NCBI GenBank assembly: GCA_963797555.1
Contig: CAWCPV010000009.1
Span: 224,001 to 288,000 of the forward strand
From: an uncultured Gammaproteobacteria bacterium
GTDB taxonomy: Bacteria; Pseudomonadota; Gammaproteobacteria; CAWCPV01
Reading direction: 5' to 3'
DNA: 64,000 nucleotides
Part shown: positions 20,833 through 31,319 of the stretch, in pieces
Numbering within the stretch: the first letter of the stretch is position 1
How the letters are laid out: the number at the start of each line of letters is the position of its first letter
Notes under the pieces: generated by a model
Database searches by the model: none
The model's input: only the letters and a program-made list of their open reading frames with translations
What the model was told of the DNA's origin: nothing
Translations under genes and position numbers: made by a program

Positions 20833-21129
20833 TCAAGCCGGTCTTCGGCTGAGGACCATACCGTCTAGTTCCACGAGTTCAACCGGCGGCACGCCCAACA
20901 CTCGCACGGTCTGCCCGCCGGGTATTTGGGGATCGGCCCATGCCATCACCACGGAAGCCTCATGCTCTGCAAGGAACCAGTCCCCTAGGACCTCCCAGAT
21001 CCGCTCGCGCACCGCCGGTGAGATGCGGGGCGCGCTGTATACCCCTGGTCCCAGCTCCAGCATGGACGAGGCCAGGAATCCGCGCACCCGGTCACTCACG
21101 TTTCGTGTCACCACTACCGTCATCGACAC
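20833..21129 (-). CDS. cas2: Type I-E Cas2
   Basis: RGFLAS.MLE..PGVY.....S..VRERIW; last gene before the array. Confidence 0.93.
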   Translation of the reverse strand: MSMTVVVTRNVSDRVRGFLASSMLELGPGVYSAPRISPAVRERIWEVLGDWFLAEHEASVVMAWADPQIPGGQTVRVLGVPPVELVELDGMVLSRRPA

Positions 21130-21990
21130 CGAGTAGGTCCTTAATGCGATCGATCATCTTCGGGATGAGTTGCTGCTTATGAAAGATTCGGCCGGCTTCC
21201 TTGCGTAGCTCTCGCTCCAGGTGCAGGCTGGGCTCACTTATCGCTCGTTTGGCGACGCGGAAGGCGAGTGGCAAGGTGATCTCGGCGCGGTAGAGATCGG
21301 CGATGTCAAGCGTGAATGCGTTGCTGGAGTCCTCATGGATGAAGCCCAGCGGCGGTAGCGCCCCCACAGCCGCCACCGCAACGTCGGCGGCGGCTTCGAC
21401 GAAGGTCGAGGCATGGTTGATCGCTTGGTTGGGGATGTCGGCTGCGGTCGGACTCTGGCGGTCGTAATGCCGGCCTTCCCACTTCACCCCGAACTGGTCC
21501 GCCACCAGCCGGTAGGTCTCCTTGATGCGCGCCCCTTCGATTCCACGCAGCACACTGATGTCCTTGTGCGGTAGCAGCCGGCCGAAGCGCCAGGCGTATA
21601 TGCGCCGGGCGGCATCCAGGCGGGCTGTCTCATCGGCCCACAGCCGCGCATGCTCGCGCGCGACCTCGGATCGGCCCTGACCCATAGGCGGGGCGGAGTA
21701 GAACTTGACGCCGTCCTCGCCTACTGCTGCGAGCAGGGTACCGTGGCGGGCAAGCAGGCGCAGCACGTCGTGGCTGACTGTCGAGCCGGGTCCCAACAGG
21801 ATAATGGAAACACTCTGATAGGGAATGGCGTAGTCCCCGGCCTTGAGATGCTCGGACTCGGCGGCACAGAAATGCAGGGTTCCGTCCTGCACATATAGAT
21901 TGCCGCGCGCTAGCCACAGCAGGCCGTGGCGGTCCGCGTGGGGGATGCGAGCTTCGGCCAGTCCCAGGCGACCGGACAGGAAGCTGCTCA
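21092..21990 (-). CDS. cas1: Type I-E Cas1
   Basis: LLGPG.TVSHD, LRG.EG.R, N.A.N and GFIH......F.LDIADLY. Start set at MSSFLSG. Confidence 0.95.
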
Positions 21991-22737
21991 TCCGACCGGC
22001 CGAAGCAGCAGCATGCCGTAGCCGAAGGAGCGGTGACGGCCGAGCCCGCGCGCCAAGCAAGCACCGAATGCAGGACCGTCCCGCACTTCCAGTACCCCGG
22101 CGATCAATGCCTGTGGACGCGTAATGCGGGAGACGGCACGGCGCACGGCGGTCTCGGTGCGCTGGGTGCGGCGCAGCATCTTGACCAGCCTAAAGCCGCT
22201 GAGATGGGCGGACTCCAGCCGCGCCGCCGCTCCCAATTGTTGGGACAACCAGCCGGCATAGACCGCCGCGCGTTCCAGCGCCTTCGCCTCAGCGCCCCCG
22301 TGTTCAATCTTCCGCAGGAATGCATCCTTCTCGCGGTCTTCCTGGCGGGTGACCGGGCAGGCGAGCACTTCGAATCCCAGGCGCCGGCCCGAACGCCACA
22401 GGCCGGGCATGGCCTTGGCGCGGGCGAGGTCGGCGAGGTCGCATACACCCAGGGTGCGCGGATCGGCGAAGCTGGCGGCATGCTCCTGCAGGGCGGCCGG
22501 GGAGTGAGAGGTATAGCTCAGCAACCGCAGGCCCCCGGCCCGATCCCGTCCCAATCCAACAGGGTCGAGCAGCCGGAACGGTTTGGGCGCGAGCGCGCCG
22601 AACACCGTCGCAAGCCACGCATGGGCGGCGTATCCCAGATCCTCGTCGCGCGCCTGGTTGAGACCACGTTCCTGGGCGAAGCGGATGAGCTCCGCAGCGC
22701 GCAGTCGCAGCTCGATCATATGCAGCGCCTGGCTCAT
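21988..22737 (-). CDS. cas6e: Type I-E Cas6e (Cse3/CasE)
   Basis: C-terminal glycine-rich loop GLGRHRSFGYGMLLL. Confidence 0.92.
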   Translation of the reverse strand: MSQALHMIELRLRAAELIRFAQERGLNQARDEDLGYAAHAWLATVFGALAPKPFRLLDPVGLGRDRAGGLRLLSYTSHSPAALQEHAASFADPRTLGVCDLADLARAKAMPGLWRSGRRLGFEVLACPVTRQEDREKDAFLRKIEHGGAEAKALERAAVYAGWLSQQLGAAARLESAHLSGFRLVKMLRRTQRTETAVRRAVSRITRPQALIAGVLEVRDGPAFGACLARGLGRHRSFGYGMLLLRPVG

Positions 22738-23456
22738 GTCTGGGCCTCCAGCAGACCCTCGATGCGGATGCGCCGGCCGCCGTGGATCTGATTGCGCCAG
22801 TCGCGCCTGTCGTATACCGGAACTCGCCGTGCCTGAGTGCCGAGACCCAGGCGCTCAGGCCAGCAGGCAGACATGGGCCGAGTGCCATCGGTGCCGGGCC
22901 GCCGGGCGCGCGGTGCGCCCTTCAATGCCTGTAGCACATCCTCCGCCTCCAGCAGGTCCAGCACCAGGGGCGCGGCAGGCAGACAGCTCTTGCGTCCCAG
23001 GAACAGCGGCCGGGCGGGCTCACGCAGAGCCTGTGCGAGCTGCGCCGTGGCGGGAACAGCGCTCCCGGTCAGGGCCATGGCCAGGGTCATCACCCCGTTG
23101 GCGAGGTAGTGGCGGTAGCGCTGGTGGGTGCCGAGCCGCGCAGCATCACCGCCCTCGCGCCATTCCGGCCGGCCGCGGGTGGTCCAGCCGGGCTCGCACA
23201 TCTTGGGTTGGCCCAGGTCAACGGTGTGGTAATCGACGATGGCTTCGGGCTCGATGTCCCAGCGCGCGGCATACTCGATGCGCTCCTGCAGCGCCGTCAG
23301 GGCCTCGGCATCGCCGTGGCGGTAGCCGAGCGCGTTACCGAGCAGCCCGGCGAGCCACGATAGACCTGGAAAGCGGTCGGTGACGTTGTGATGATCGACG
23401 ATCACCCCGCCGAAGCTCATCAGCGGGGCGTCAAGCCGCAGTCTAAGCACGTCCAT
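22734..23456 (-). CDS. cas5: Type I-E Cas5 (CasD)
   Basis: L.L.APLMSFG, GLLGNALG, DYHTV, R.RHYL and LFLGRKSC.P. Confidence 0.93.
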   Translation of the reverse strand: MDVLRLRLDAPLMSFGGVIVDHHNVTDRFPGLSWLAGLLGNALGYRHGDAEALTALQERIEYAARWDIEPEAIVDYHTVDLGQPKMCEPGWTTRGRPEWREGGDAARLGTHQRYRHYLANGVMTLAMALTGSAVPATAQLAQALREPARPLFLGRKSCLPAAPLVLDLLEAEDVLQALKGAPRARRPGTDGTRPMSACWPERLGLGTQARRVPVYDRRDWRNQIHGGRRIRIEGLLEAQT

Positions 23457-24606
23457 CGCTGGACTCTCCGAACACGGCCGCGAGCGCCCGCTTGGTCGCC
23501 TCGTCCAGGCTCGCAGCGGCGTCGCCCTTCAAGCCGTCCAGCGCCTTGACCGAGGCGACGGCGCGGTGCTCGGCGGTGCGGCCGTACATTCCATCAATCG
23601 CGGCGAGATGGCCGCTCAGTGCGTTCACCGCCCCTTGCATGACATCGCCTTGAGCGGGCAAAGCCTTGAGGTAGGCGTTGGCGAGGCTGCGCGGCTGCTG
23701 CTTGCCGGCCTCCAGCAAGACGAAGTCGGCGTAAGCATAAGGCGCGGTGGAGCCGAGCTTGGCCCCGGGCGAGACGGTGGCGATGGTGCGCACCAGGCTG
23801 CACAGCACATCGCGGGCTTCGTGCAGGTCCTGCTTGGCCCATGCCTTCGGATTGCAGCCGGTAAGATTGGAGATCAAGAGTGGTACATCCACCGCCACAT
23901 AGCCGTAGTACACTCCTGCGCCCAGCTCCATGTCGCCGGCATGGGCGGCACCCGTCTCTTCGTCCCGGTTGAGGTCATCGACCACGGTGAAGTAATCCAT
24001 CTCGGTGTGCAGGGCGTGCACCGTGAAGGCATGGGCGACGTGCACGCTGGCATCGGAGCGCGCGAGGATGTCGGAGGTGACGAAACGGCCGAACAAGGCG
24101 CCTTCGAGGCCCGCATAGAGATTGCCGTGACCGGCAGCGCGCAGCATGGCCTTGAAGTTGGCCTTGTCGGTCTTGAGCCGCTCCAGCAGCAGCTTCTCGG
24201 CCTCGGTACCGGCCGCGGCGCACTCCTGAAGCAGCGCGACCAGGTAATCCGCCTCGGGCCGGCCGAACAGCACCGGCTGCTTGAGGGCAAGCGGGCTCTT
24301 GTCGTCCTGGCCGCCGTCGATGAGCTTGCCGATCATGGTTGCCACCAGCTTGCGCGCCAGGGCCTCGTCCATGCCCTGCTTGATGAGCCGCGGCAGGACC
24401 TCGCGGGCGAAAAACTGGCGCGAGCGTATCCCGTCGGGGAGCTTCATGGTCTGTTGCAGGGTCTCGCGCCAGTGGCGCTTCAGGCACTGCGAGGACACCC
24501 GCAGGCGGGTGGCATCGCCGAAGGGGATGCGCTTGGCGAGTCCGGCATCGTCGCGGTTCAGCAGGCTCGCCGGGTAGGAGGTCAGGGTATGGATCTGTAG
24601 GAACAT
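23443..24606 (-). CDS. cas7: Type I-E Cas7 (Cse4/CasC)
   Basis: LNRDD.GL.K, R.RVSSQCLKR, ALFGR, VAHAFTVH and DYFTVVDDL. Confidence 0.95.
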   Translation of the reverse strand: MFLQIHTLTSYPASLLNRDDAGLAKRIPFGDATRLRVSSQCLKRHWRETLQQTMKLPDGIRSRQFFAREVLPRLIKQGMDEALARKLVATMIGKLIDGGQDDKSPLALKQPVLFGRPEADYLVALLQECAAAGTEAEKLLLERLKTDKANFKAMLRAAGHGNLYAGLEGALFGRFVTSDILARSDASVHVAHAFTVHALHTEMDYFTVVDDLNRDEETGAAHAGDMELGAGVYYGYVAVDVPLLISNLTGCNPKAWAKQDLHEARDVLCSLVRTIATVSPGAKLGSTAPYAYADFVLLEAGKQQPRSLANAYLKALPAQGDVMQGAVNALSGHLAAIDGMYGRTAEHRAVASVKALDGLKGDAAASLDEATKRALAAVFGESSDGRA

Positions 24607-24609
24607 GGC

Positions 24610-25125
24610 TCAATCCTTCGGCTGATGGCGGTAGTAGTCACGGGCCAAGCGTAGATGCACGTCCTCGCGCTTGGCGGGGTCCTCGGTGAGCAGCAGGCGG
24701 GCGAAGTCGGCCCAGTTGACCGCCTCGCCCTTGGCTGCCAGAAAGCGTGCGGCGCGCAAGACCAAGGTTTGGAGGACCTCGCCCTCGGCGTCGAGCAGCC
24801 GCTGCAGGCGCGCCTCCGAATAGCGCACCTCGGCTAGCGCCTGACCGACCGGACGATCGGGACGGTGAGGGCTCGGGCACATCAGCGCGATACCGGCGCA
24901 GATCGTCATCCAGACCCCCTTCCTGGCCGGCCAGCCGTCCTCCAGATGCCGGAACGCGAAGCGGTAGAAGGCGAGCGGGGGCTCAACCCCTGGGGTAAGC
25001 CGTTTGAGCGCAGCCCGGTCGCCCGTGGGGAAATCTTCGCTCGCGATGATCGCGGCCAGACGGCCGATAGTCCTGGGCAGCGGCTCGCGCTCGGTAGCGG
25101 GTACTTCAGCCGGTGCTGTGCTCAT
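24610..25125 (-). CDS. cas11: Type I-E Cas11 (Cse2/CasB)
   Basis: GDRA.LKR, SE.RL..LL, VNW..F..LL and ARDYY; position in the operon. Confidence 0.9.
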   Translation of the reverse strand: MSTAPAEVPATEREPLPRTIGRLAAIIASEDFPTGDRAALKRLTPGVEPPLAFYRFAFRHLEDGWPARKGVWMTICAGIALMCPSPHRPDRPVGQALAEVRYSEARLQRLLDAEGEVLQTLVLRAARFLAAKGEAVNWADFARLLLTEDPAKREDVHLRLARDYYRHQPKD

Positions 25126-26677
25126 GGGGCGCCTCCTTCAGCATGGGAAAGACAGTGAACAGGCAGCCGTGAAACAGGCCCTCGGCCTGAACCCGCGCCC
25201 GGTAGTGGCGACCGCTGCGCTCCGGGGAGCGGGCCACAGCCTCCTGCAAGGCCGTCCACGCCATACCGCGTAACGCGTCCAACCACTCCCGACGCGCCGT
25301 GTTGGGATCGGGATGCTCGACGCTGCGCCACAACCAGGGGAAGAAACCGCGGTTCCAGGCTTCGGCAAAGCGCTTGGCGGCCCGCTCCACCCAGGCGCCC
25401 ACCTCGCGCTTGTCGAAGTTGATGGACTCCGGGCCGCCCTCCAGCAAGGAGAATAGGGCAGGCTTCAACACCTTTTGCAGTATCAGGCCGGCGTCCTGGA
25501 TGCCGGTCTTGCTGAGTGCCGCCAGGCGGTCGCGCTCGGGACCGCGGCGGAACAGGCGCGGGGCGACCTGGGACGGGATGGGCAGGGCAACGGAGTGGAA
25601 GCCGTCGGTGGTCCCCTGGCCGCGCACCAAGACGGAAGCGCAGAAGGTGCAGGGCTCGGCCTCACGGCCCGCATCCGGCTGTTGCATCGCGGCGGGCTGG
25701 AAACCCTCCTCAAAAATTAGGTTGCGCAACAGCTCAGGAGTCAGACCTGCCGATGATACTGTCAATGCTGAGCTGCCCTTTTTCCGATCATTCATATTGA
25801 TGGGAATCCACGGGTCCCCAAGAATCCCGTTCTGGTCCTTCGCGTTAATGCGGGGCGCTTTTTCCGTTGATGTGCGGGCCACGATTCGCCCGTCTTGCAT
25901 CACACAGCGTACAGCGCGGCATATTTCGAGAAAAAAGGGGTCGAGCACGTCAAGCGATAAGCTTTTCTGCCGATCCCAGGCCGAGAGCCATGTCAACACA
26001 ACGCCGTCCGGCCGATACGGCCATGGACGAACAAGCAACCCAGAGCGGATACCGAGCAGTTTGCGGGTATCGCGGAGCCAGCGTTCCCCTGGCCGACTCC
26101 CGTATATCAGGCTCACACAGGGCCGGCTGCCGAGGCCACTATTCATTCTGGCAATACCCTGATGCTTGAGGATATAGCCAGCCATTGTCTGCAGGCTGAT
26201 GAGCGCATAGATCCATTCGTCCGGTCTAGCATCAATGGCCCTTGCAGCTTTTATGTCGTGGCTCCGTCCGGTCAGCAGCAGGTCCAAGGCGTCAGGCGTG
26301 AGCTTCACTATAGAGAACTCGCTCTCGAACGAGCCTGGCCGCAGCAGCGGCGCCTGCATGAATGCAGGCTGCGTCACGTCCTCCACCACCAACGTCCAAG
26401 CGCAATCGTCCGCGCGCCCGGTAAGCCGCCGAATTCCGTTGCGCCAAAATTCTTCGTCCTGAATCGGCTCGCTGCATCCCTCGCGCGCCAGCACCGCCCC
26501 GGCCAGGTAACAGAGGAAGATGTGGAAGGCATCCTCCTGGTGGCGCTGCAGCCCAGCTAGGGATTCCACCCGATCGGTTCCCAGGGCGGTCAGTAGTTGC
26601 GGCAGGCTCATGCGCTCCAGGCCGTCGCGGGTCTGGACGCGGAATACGGGGTCACACAGCAGATTCATCGCATTCAT
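25106..26677 (-). CDS. cas8e: Type I-E Cas8e (Cse1/CasA)
   Basis: NLL.DP, L..HQ..A.H.FL..LA, PAFMQ.P, ARMN.G.GSRP, GDPW.P and LVRGQG.TDGFH; lies between cas3 and cas11. Confidence 0.88.
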   Translation of the reverse strand: MNAMNLLCDPVFRVQTRDGLERMSLPQLLTALGTDRVESLAGLQRHQEDAFHIFLCYLAGAVLAREGCSEPIQDEEFWRNGIRRLTGRADDCAWTLVVEDVTQPAFMQAPLLRPGSFESEFSIVKLTPDALDLLLTGRSHDIKAARAIDARPDEWIYALISLQTMAGYILKHQGIARMNSGLGSRPCVSLIYGSRPGERWLRDTRKLLGIRSGLLVRPWPYRPDGVVLTWLSAWDRQKSLSLDVLDPFFLEICRAVRCVMQDGRIVARTSTEKAPRINAKDQNGILGDPWIPINMNDRKKGSSALTVSSAGLTPELLRNLIFEEGFQPAAMQQPDAGREAEPCTFCASVLVRGQGTTDGFHSVALPIPSQVAPRLFRRGPERDRLAALSKTGIQDAGLILQKVLKPALFSLLEGGPESINFDKREVGAWVERAAKRFAEAWNRGFFPWLWRSVEHPDPNTARREWLDALRGMAWTALQEAVARSPERSGRHYRARVQAEGLFHGCLFTVFPMLKEAPHEHSTG

Positions 26678-29321
26678 CGAGTCGCTCCAGGCCGAGCCGG
26701 GAATAACCATAGAGGAAGGGGCCGAAGCGGAAGCGGATAGCTTGTGGTCCACGGTCGATTACGGTGGCCGCATCTCCAGCGTCGTCCTCGGGCGCAAGAA
26801 AGCCCGGGATTACCAGTTCCTCCAGCGACTGACCGAAGGGGCTGTGCACCGCCTCGGACAGGCGTATCCGGCGGTCACCGAGACCCAGGCGGGTACGAGC
26901 CTCGGCGCTGAGTTCTTTGAAGTCGAAGCTGCCGAAGGACTTGGCATAGTGCTCGGCGAGCGCGGCATACTGGGCGCGAACCTCCTGCGCCAAGTGCTCC
27001 CCCGAAACCTTTTGGCCATGCCGCTGCCAGCGCTCGCCATTCAACATCGCCAGCCGCTCGGGGTGCGTGGCGCCTTCGACCAGACGGCGGTTGTCGCGCG
27101 GGATGAGGACATCCGGCGCTGCAGCGAACAGCTCGGCGGTGAGCCGCAGCACGCGCAGGTCGGTATAGACCCGGCCGAGTCCGGCGATGCCCCGGACCGC
27201 ACCATCGGCGCGCAACAGGGACTCCAGCGTGGGATCGGGGTGAGTGAGCAGCACGCAGCGCGCGAGCGCGTAGCCCCATGGGCGCACCCGTGGGTGGCGG
27301 TGCAGGCGCCCGATGCGCTGCAGCAGCATGTCCACCGGGCAAAGGTCGGTGATGAGCAGATCGGCGTCGATGTCCAGGCTCTGCTCCAGGGTCTGGGTGC
27401 CTATCAACAGCACCGGCCCCGGCTCAGAGCCCTTGCCGAAGCGGGCGCTGACTGCGGCATCGAGCAACTCCCGGTCCACCGGGGCATAGCGGCCGTGGTG
27501 CGGGGTGGCGATGCCCGCGCAGCGGAACAGCGCGGCCGCGGGAATTTCCGGTGCGGCCTCGGCAGCGCGCTGCAAGGCGATGGCCCGGCCGACGGTGTTC
27601 AGCACCACCAGCACCCGTGTACCGGCTTGCAAGGCCGCTGCGATCTCGGGCAGCAGGCGCTCGGGCCGTAGTAGTTCGGGGCGCGGCTCGACCCGCACCG
27701 CCTTCTGCCCGACGGTCTCTGTGCAGGTGGCGCTATCTCCCGGAGCGGCCGTATCGGGCTCAGCGGCCTGCGGCACGCCGCTGCGATCGGTCCAGGCTGG
27801 ATAGGGTGCGGCGCAGGCGGCGGCGAGGTCCGGCACCTGCGCGTGCTCTGATGCGGCGGCGAGCAGTTCGGCCCGGGCGACCGCTCCCAGGGTCGCCGAC
27901 AGCAGCAGGGCGTGCCCGCCCAAGCTCAAATGATGGTCCAGCAGGTGCTTGAGCAGCCGGCGCATATAGGGGTCGCTGGCGTGGACCTCGTCCACTATCA
28001 GCAAGTGGCGGTCAAGGCAGACCGAACGCAGGTGAGCGTGGGGCGTCTGCAGCGCGCTGAGCAGCGCTTGATCGATGGTGCCGACCGCGACCGTGGCAGC
28101 CAGAAAGCGCTTCGGCCGTTCCGCCGCCCAGGCGCGCTCGCGCCGACGCTGGGCCTCGGCGTCATCCCAGCGCACCGTGGCATCGGGGAGCACGATGCGG
28201 GCATCCACGCCATCCACGCGGGCATAGCCGGGCGCGGCCAGCAGCACCATGGGACGCGCGGCCGGATCGGGGAAGGCGCCCTCGACATAGCTCAGCACCC
28301 GCCCATACAGCTCTCGCGCCGCGACCCGTGTCGGCAGCGCGAAGTACAGCCCGTCCACCGCACCGGCCGCGAACAGGGTGAAGAACCGCGCCAGTGCCGC
28401 CTCGGTCTTGCCTGATCCAGTCTCAGCCTCGGCGATGAGGAGACGATGGGCGTCCGCAGACCCGGCCGGCAGCTCGGCCAGGATGCGCTGCAGGGGCCGT
28501 GGTCCAAAGCCGAACAGGGCACTGAAATTGGGCGCGCGATAGGCGAGATCCGCCTGAAAGGCCCGCACGTCCAGTCCCACCGTTTTCAGCATCTCGACTG
28601 CTGCCCGATCGGCGAAGGCGGCGCGATCCTCTGCACCCACGCTGTAGGGAAAGAAGCCCTCGTGCGAGCCAAGCCAGTCGGCCAGCATTACCAGCCCGGC
28701 GTAACGGTGCTGCAGGGCGGGCATGATGGGAATGGGTGCCTCGCCGGGCTCGAAGGCGCGCGGGAAGGCACGGCGCGCGGCACCGAGCAGCTCACCGATG
28801 CAGCGGATCGGATCGCGCCGGCCGTCGGGGCGCCACCAGCGGGTCTTGGCGAGATGATAACTGCCGGTCTTGATGCTGTCGTCGAACCGGATCGGAGAGC
28901 CGTGATGGGAGAGCGCGGCGATGAGGAAGTATCCAAATCCATCCGGGACCGCGAACCAGCCGCAGAGAGTATCCACGTCAAGCGCGTCGCAAAGCTGGCG
29001 CTTCAGATCCTCCTCAAAGAACAGCGCGGCCGTCTCCTGGATGTGGCCCGCCTTGGGGGCATCCGGGCGTAGGACCTTATCTTGGAACCCCAGGTTGGCC
29101 TTCCCGAGGTCATGGAGAAGGGCGATAACCGCCAGTCGGTCGATCTGCACGTCGCTCAGTCGCGCACCCGCCGCTGCATCCAAGCGTCGGCGGATGAGCG
29201 GAAGGTGGCAGAGAGCACGAAAGCTGAAGGCTACATCCAGGCAATGACTGGCCAACGGGAGCCATGACAGAATCTCCCCGGTTTCCCGGTTCATCTTGAC
29301 TTTGCCCCAGACCCCGAGCAC
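26652..29321 (-). CDS. cas3: Cas3 HD nuclease/helicase
   Basis: H.LDVA, LHDLGK, SHHG, LADWLGS, AETGSGKTE, DEVHA, SAT, TQ.LEQSLD.D and QR.GRLHRH. Confidence 0.97.
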   Translation of the reverse strand: MLGVWGKVKMNRETGEILSWLPLASHCLDVAFSFRALCHLPLIRRRLDAAAGARLSDVQIDRLAVIALLHDLGKANLGFQDKVLRPDAPKAGHIQETAALFFEEDLKRQLCDALDVDTLCGWFAVPDGFGYFLIAALSHHGSPIRFDDSIKTGSYHLAKTRWWRPDGRRDPIRCIGELLGAARRAFPRAFEPGEAPIPIMPALQHRYAGLVMLADWLGSHEGFFPYSVGAEDRAAFADRAAVEMLKTVGLDVRAFQADLAYRAPNFSALFGFGPRPLQRILAELPAGSADAHRLLIAEAETGSGKTEAALARFFTLFAAGAVDGLYFALPTRVAARELYGRVLSYVEGAFPDPAARPMVLLAAPGYARVDGVDARIVLPDATVRWDDAEAQRRRERAWAAERPKRFLAATVAVGTIDQALLSALQTPHAHLRSVCLDRHLLIVDEVHASDPYMRRLLKHLLDHHLSLGGHALLLSATLGAVARAELLAAASEHAQVPDLAAACAAPYPAWTDRSGVPQAAEPDTAAPGDSATCTETVGQKAVRVEPRPELLRPERLLPEIAAALQAGTRVLVVLNTVGRAIALQRAAEAAPEIPAAALFRCAGIATPHHGRYAPVDRELLDAAVSARFGKGSEPGPVLLIGTQTLEQSLDIDADLLITDLCPVDMLLQRIGRLHRHPRVRPWGYALARCVLLTHPDPTLESLLRADGAVRGIAGLGRVYTDLRVLRLTAELFAAAPDVLIPRDNRRLVEGATHPERLAMLNGERWQRHGQKVSGEHLAQEVRAQYAALAEHYAKSFGSFDFKELSAEARTRLGLGDRRIRLSEAVHSPFGQSLEELVIPGFLAPEDDAGDAATVIDRGPQAIRFRFGPFLYGYSRLGLERLDECDESAV

Positions 29322-29407
29322 TTATCGTCCCCCCCCGTTGAAGCTCAGTGCCCACCGCTGGTGGGCGTGTGCGAGCCGCAATGTTGCAATCGTTCACTCG
29401 TTTTTAT

Positions 29408-29454
29408 TGATGGACCGCGCTGAAATCGAACCAGCGACACGCGGATCTCAGGTC
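29408..29454 (-). other. Degenerate tRNA-Phe 3'-half; candidate distal att site
   Basis: 30 of 41 ungapped matches to 51514-51554, in the same orientation. Confidence 0.6.
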
Positions 29455-30044
29455 AGCGCGTGTGTTCTTTCACGTGTGCGTGCTCAATGGCGAGCAAGTC
29501 AATCCGGTCGCGCCATACCACTCTGCGGAGGCCGGTGGTACCCCTCACGACGTTGCCACGGCATTTGCGCCGGGGGTTTGCTTTCTGCTCACGGGTCTAC
29601 CATAGGTCTACCGTGGCAAGAGACTTTTCCGTTAAAAGCTATTAAGTCTTTGATTTTTTGGTCAGGGACTCACTCACATTGTTCGCCGCAAGGCTTGTGA
29701 TTGCTACATGTAGGCTGTGCTGTTTTAAGCAGATACCGTCATAAGTACCGTCATGCCACTGCGGTTGCTGCCCGTTCGGCGGTTCATCTTAGCGCTCGGG
29801 TCTCAGCCTTTTTCCCGGCTTCCGGCTTTGGGGGACAAGCGCCGCGATCAGGACCTTTGACGGTCGTGCCGCGCCGCCGCGCCAGCTCATAGGCCGCGGT
29901 GGCTACTGCATGAGGTCCGCACTCCCGTAGATTTGACGACATTGCTTGCCGGAGAACACCTTGCTGGTGCGCCTCCCAATTTCGGAGCGGCTCCCCGCAG
30001 CCGGGTCGGACTGTCCCCCAAGATTGTGCGAAGGCCGCATGCCA

Positions 30045-30599
30045 TTACGGTTGCCCGCGCGGCACCTCCGGGTTCCGGTCACCTGGCGCGACCCCTTGAA
30101 TGATCCACTGGCCGGTGACCTGCACCGGGCCGCCGTCCGCGCCCGTGCGCTCCTGGCGCTCCACGAACATCCGCAAGTGCTTCCCGAGCAGCTCCAGGTT
30201 ACGCGGCTTGTCCCAGAGGCGGACCTTTTTCAGCGTGGTCTGCTGGCCGTCCTGGTTTTGGCTGGTCGTGACCTCGAAGGATGCCACCGCGGCCGCGACT
30301 TCATCCGGCCATGCATCGGGAGTCAACAGGTTGCCACCCTCATCAAACAGGCGCCTGGCATCGAAGAAACTGATGCGGGCCAGATCCAGGAGCACGCGAT
30401 CCTGCGTCACCTCTGTGCGCTCGGAGCGACGTTTCACCGCCTCGGCGATCGCCGCCTGTACGTCAACATATGTCAACAGCCGATTTGCAAGGCTTCGGGC
30501 CGTATGGGGGCTATACCCAGCGCGCACGGCAGCGGCAGCCCCGTTGAGATCGACGAGATACTCCTCGACGAACCGCGCCTGTTTTGGGGTAAGTGCCAT
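30045..30599 (-). CDS. terS: Phage terminase small subunit
   Basis: LT.KQ.RFV.EYL.DLN...AA.RAGYS..TA and K..LWDK...LELLGKHL.MF. Confidence 0.92.
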   Translation of the reverse strand: MALTPKQARFVEEYLVDLNGAAAAVRAGYSPHTARSLANRLLTYVDVQAAIAEAVKRRSERTEVTQDRVLLDLARISFFDARRLFDEGGNLLTPDAWPDEVAAAVASFEVTTSQNQDGQQTTLKKVRLWDKPRNLELLGKHLRMFVERQERTGADGGPVQVTGQWIIQGVAPGDRNPEVPRGQP

Positions 30600-31319
30600 A
30601 GCCTCAGTTTATCCTATCGGCGTGCATCTGCAACCACCGAAGCGCGGGCTCAGGGGCTGGGTGAGACGGGCGGACGCCTCTGCAAGCTCCGCTGCGTTCA
30701 GCCTGTCACCTCACGTCGAATTTGCATGTTGGCCGAGCCGTGGTTTCTCACATTCGATGCCGAAGTGGAGTTTCGGATTGCCATGACGCCCGAAGACCTC
30801 GCGCGCGCCAACCCGGATGCGTTGGGAAAGAAGTGGGCTTAGTCAATCCAAGTTGCCGCACCGGGGGCCTCCGCTCTCGCGGAACTCGTAGGAGACACCC
30901 CGACTGCGGTGCCCCTTGCGGAGCGGGGGCTTGACCCACCCGCGGTCTGGTCAAACGTTCGCCGAGGTCGGTGTCTTCGAGATCACACCGGGTCAACTCA
31001 CAAAGTGGGGGCCGCAAATGGGGTGAGCGCGCGGTCCTAGCCCGTCCCCTCCCGCGGAGGCGCCCTTCACCCTTGCCCACCGCAACACCAGCTGCCCGCG
31101 CAGGCCGTAAACCGGACACTCAGTCTGGGCGCACCGGCGGGTGTCGTCGATGGTCCGGCCGTTGCAGACCGCAAGGCGAACAATAAACGGGAAAATTTCC
31201 TATTGCTTTCCCCGGACAGTGGCTGTACATCTATCGGACAGCTCGGGTGCAGGGGAGCGCGCCGCTGGATGGTGCCGCCGGGTCCCCGCACCGCGGACCT
31301 GACCCGGTTGGGACATAGA

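Noticed and set aside
17382-20852. Many repetitive ORFs (GLSPRARGN / VYPRVRGGI / SIPACAGES)
   Set aside because: These are translations of the CRISPR repeat, not proteins.
30727-30842. Short peptide LAEPWFLTFDAEVEFRIAMTPEDL...GKKWA
   Set aside because: It looks like the C-terminus of a small conserved protein but is too short to assign.
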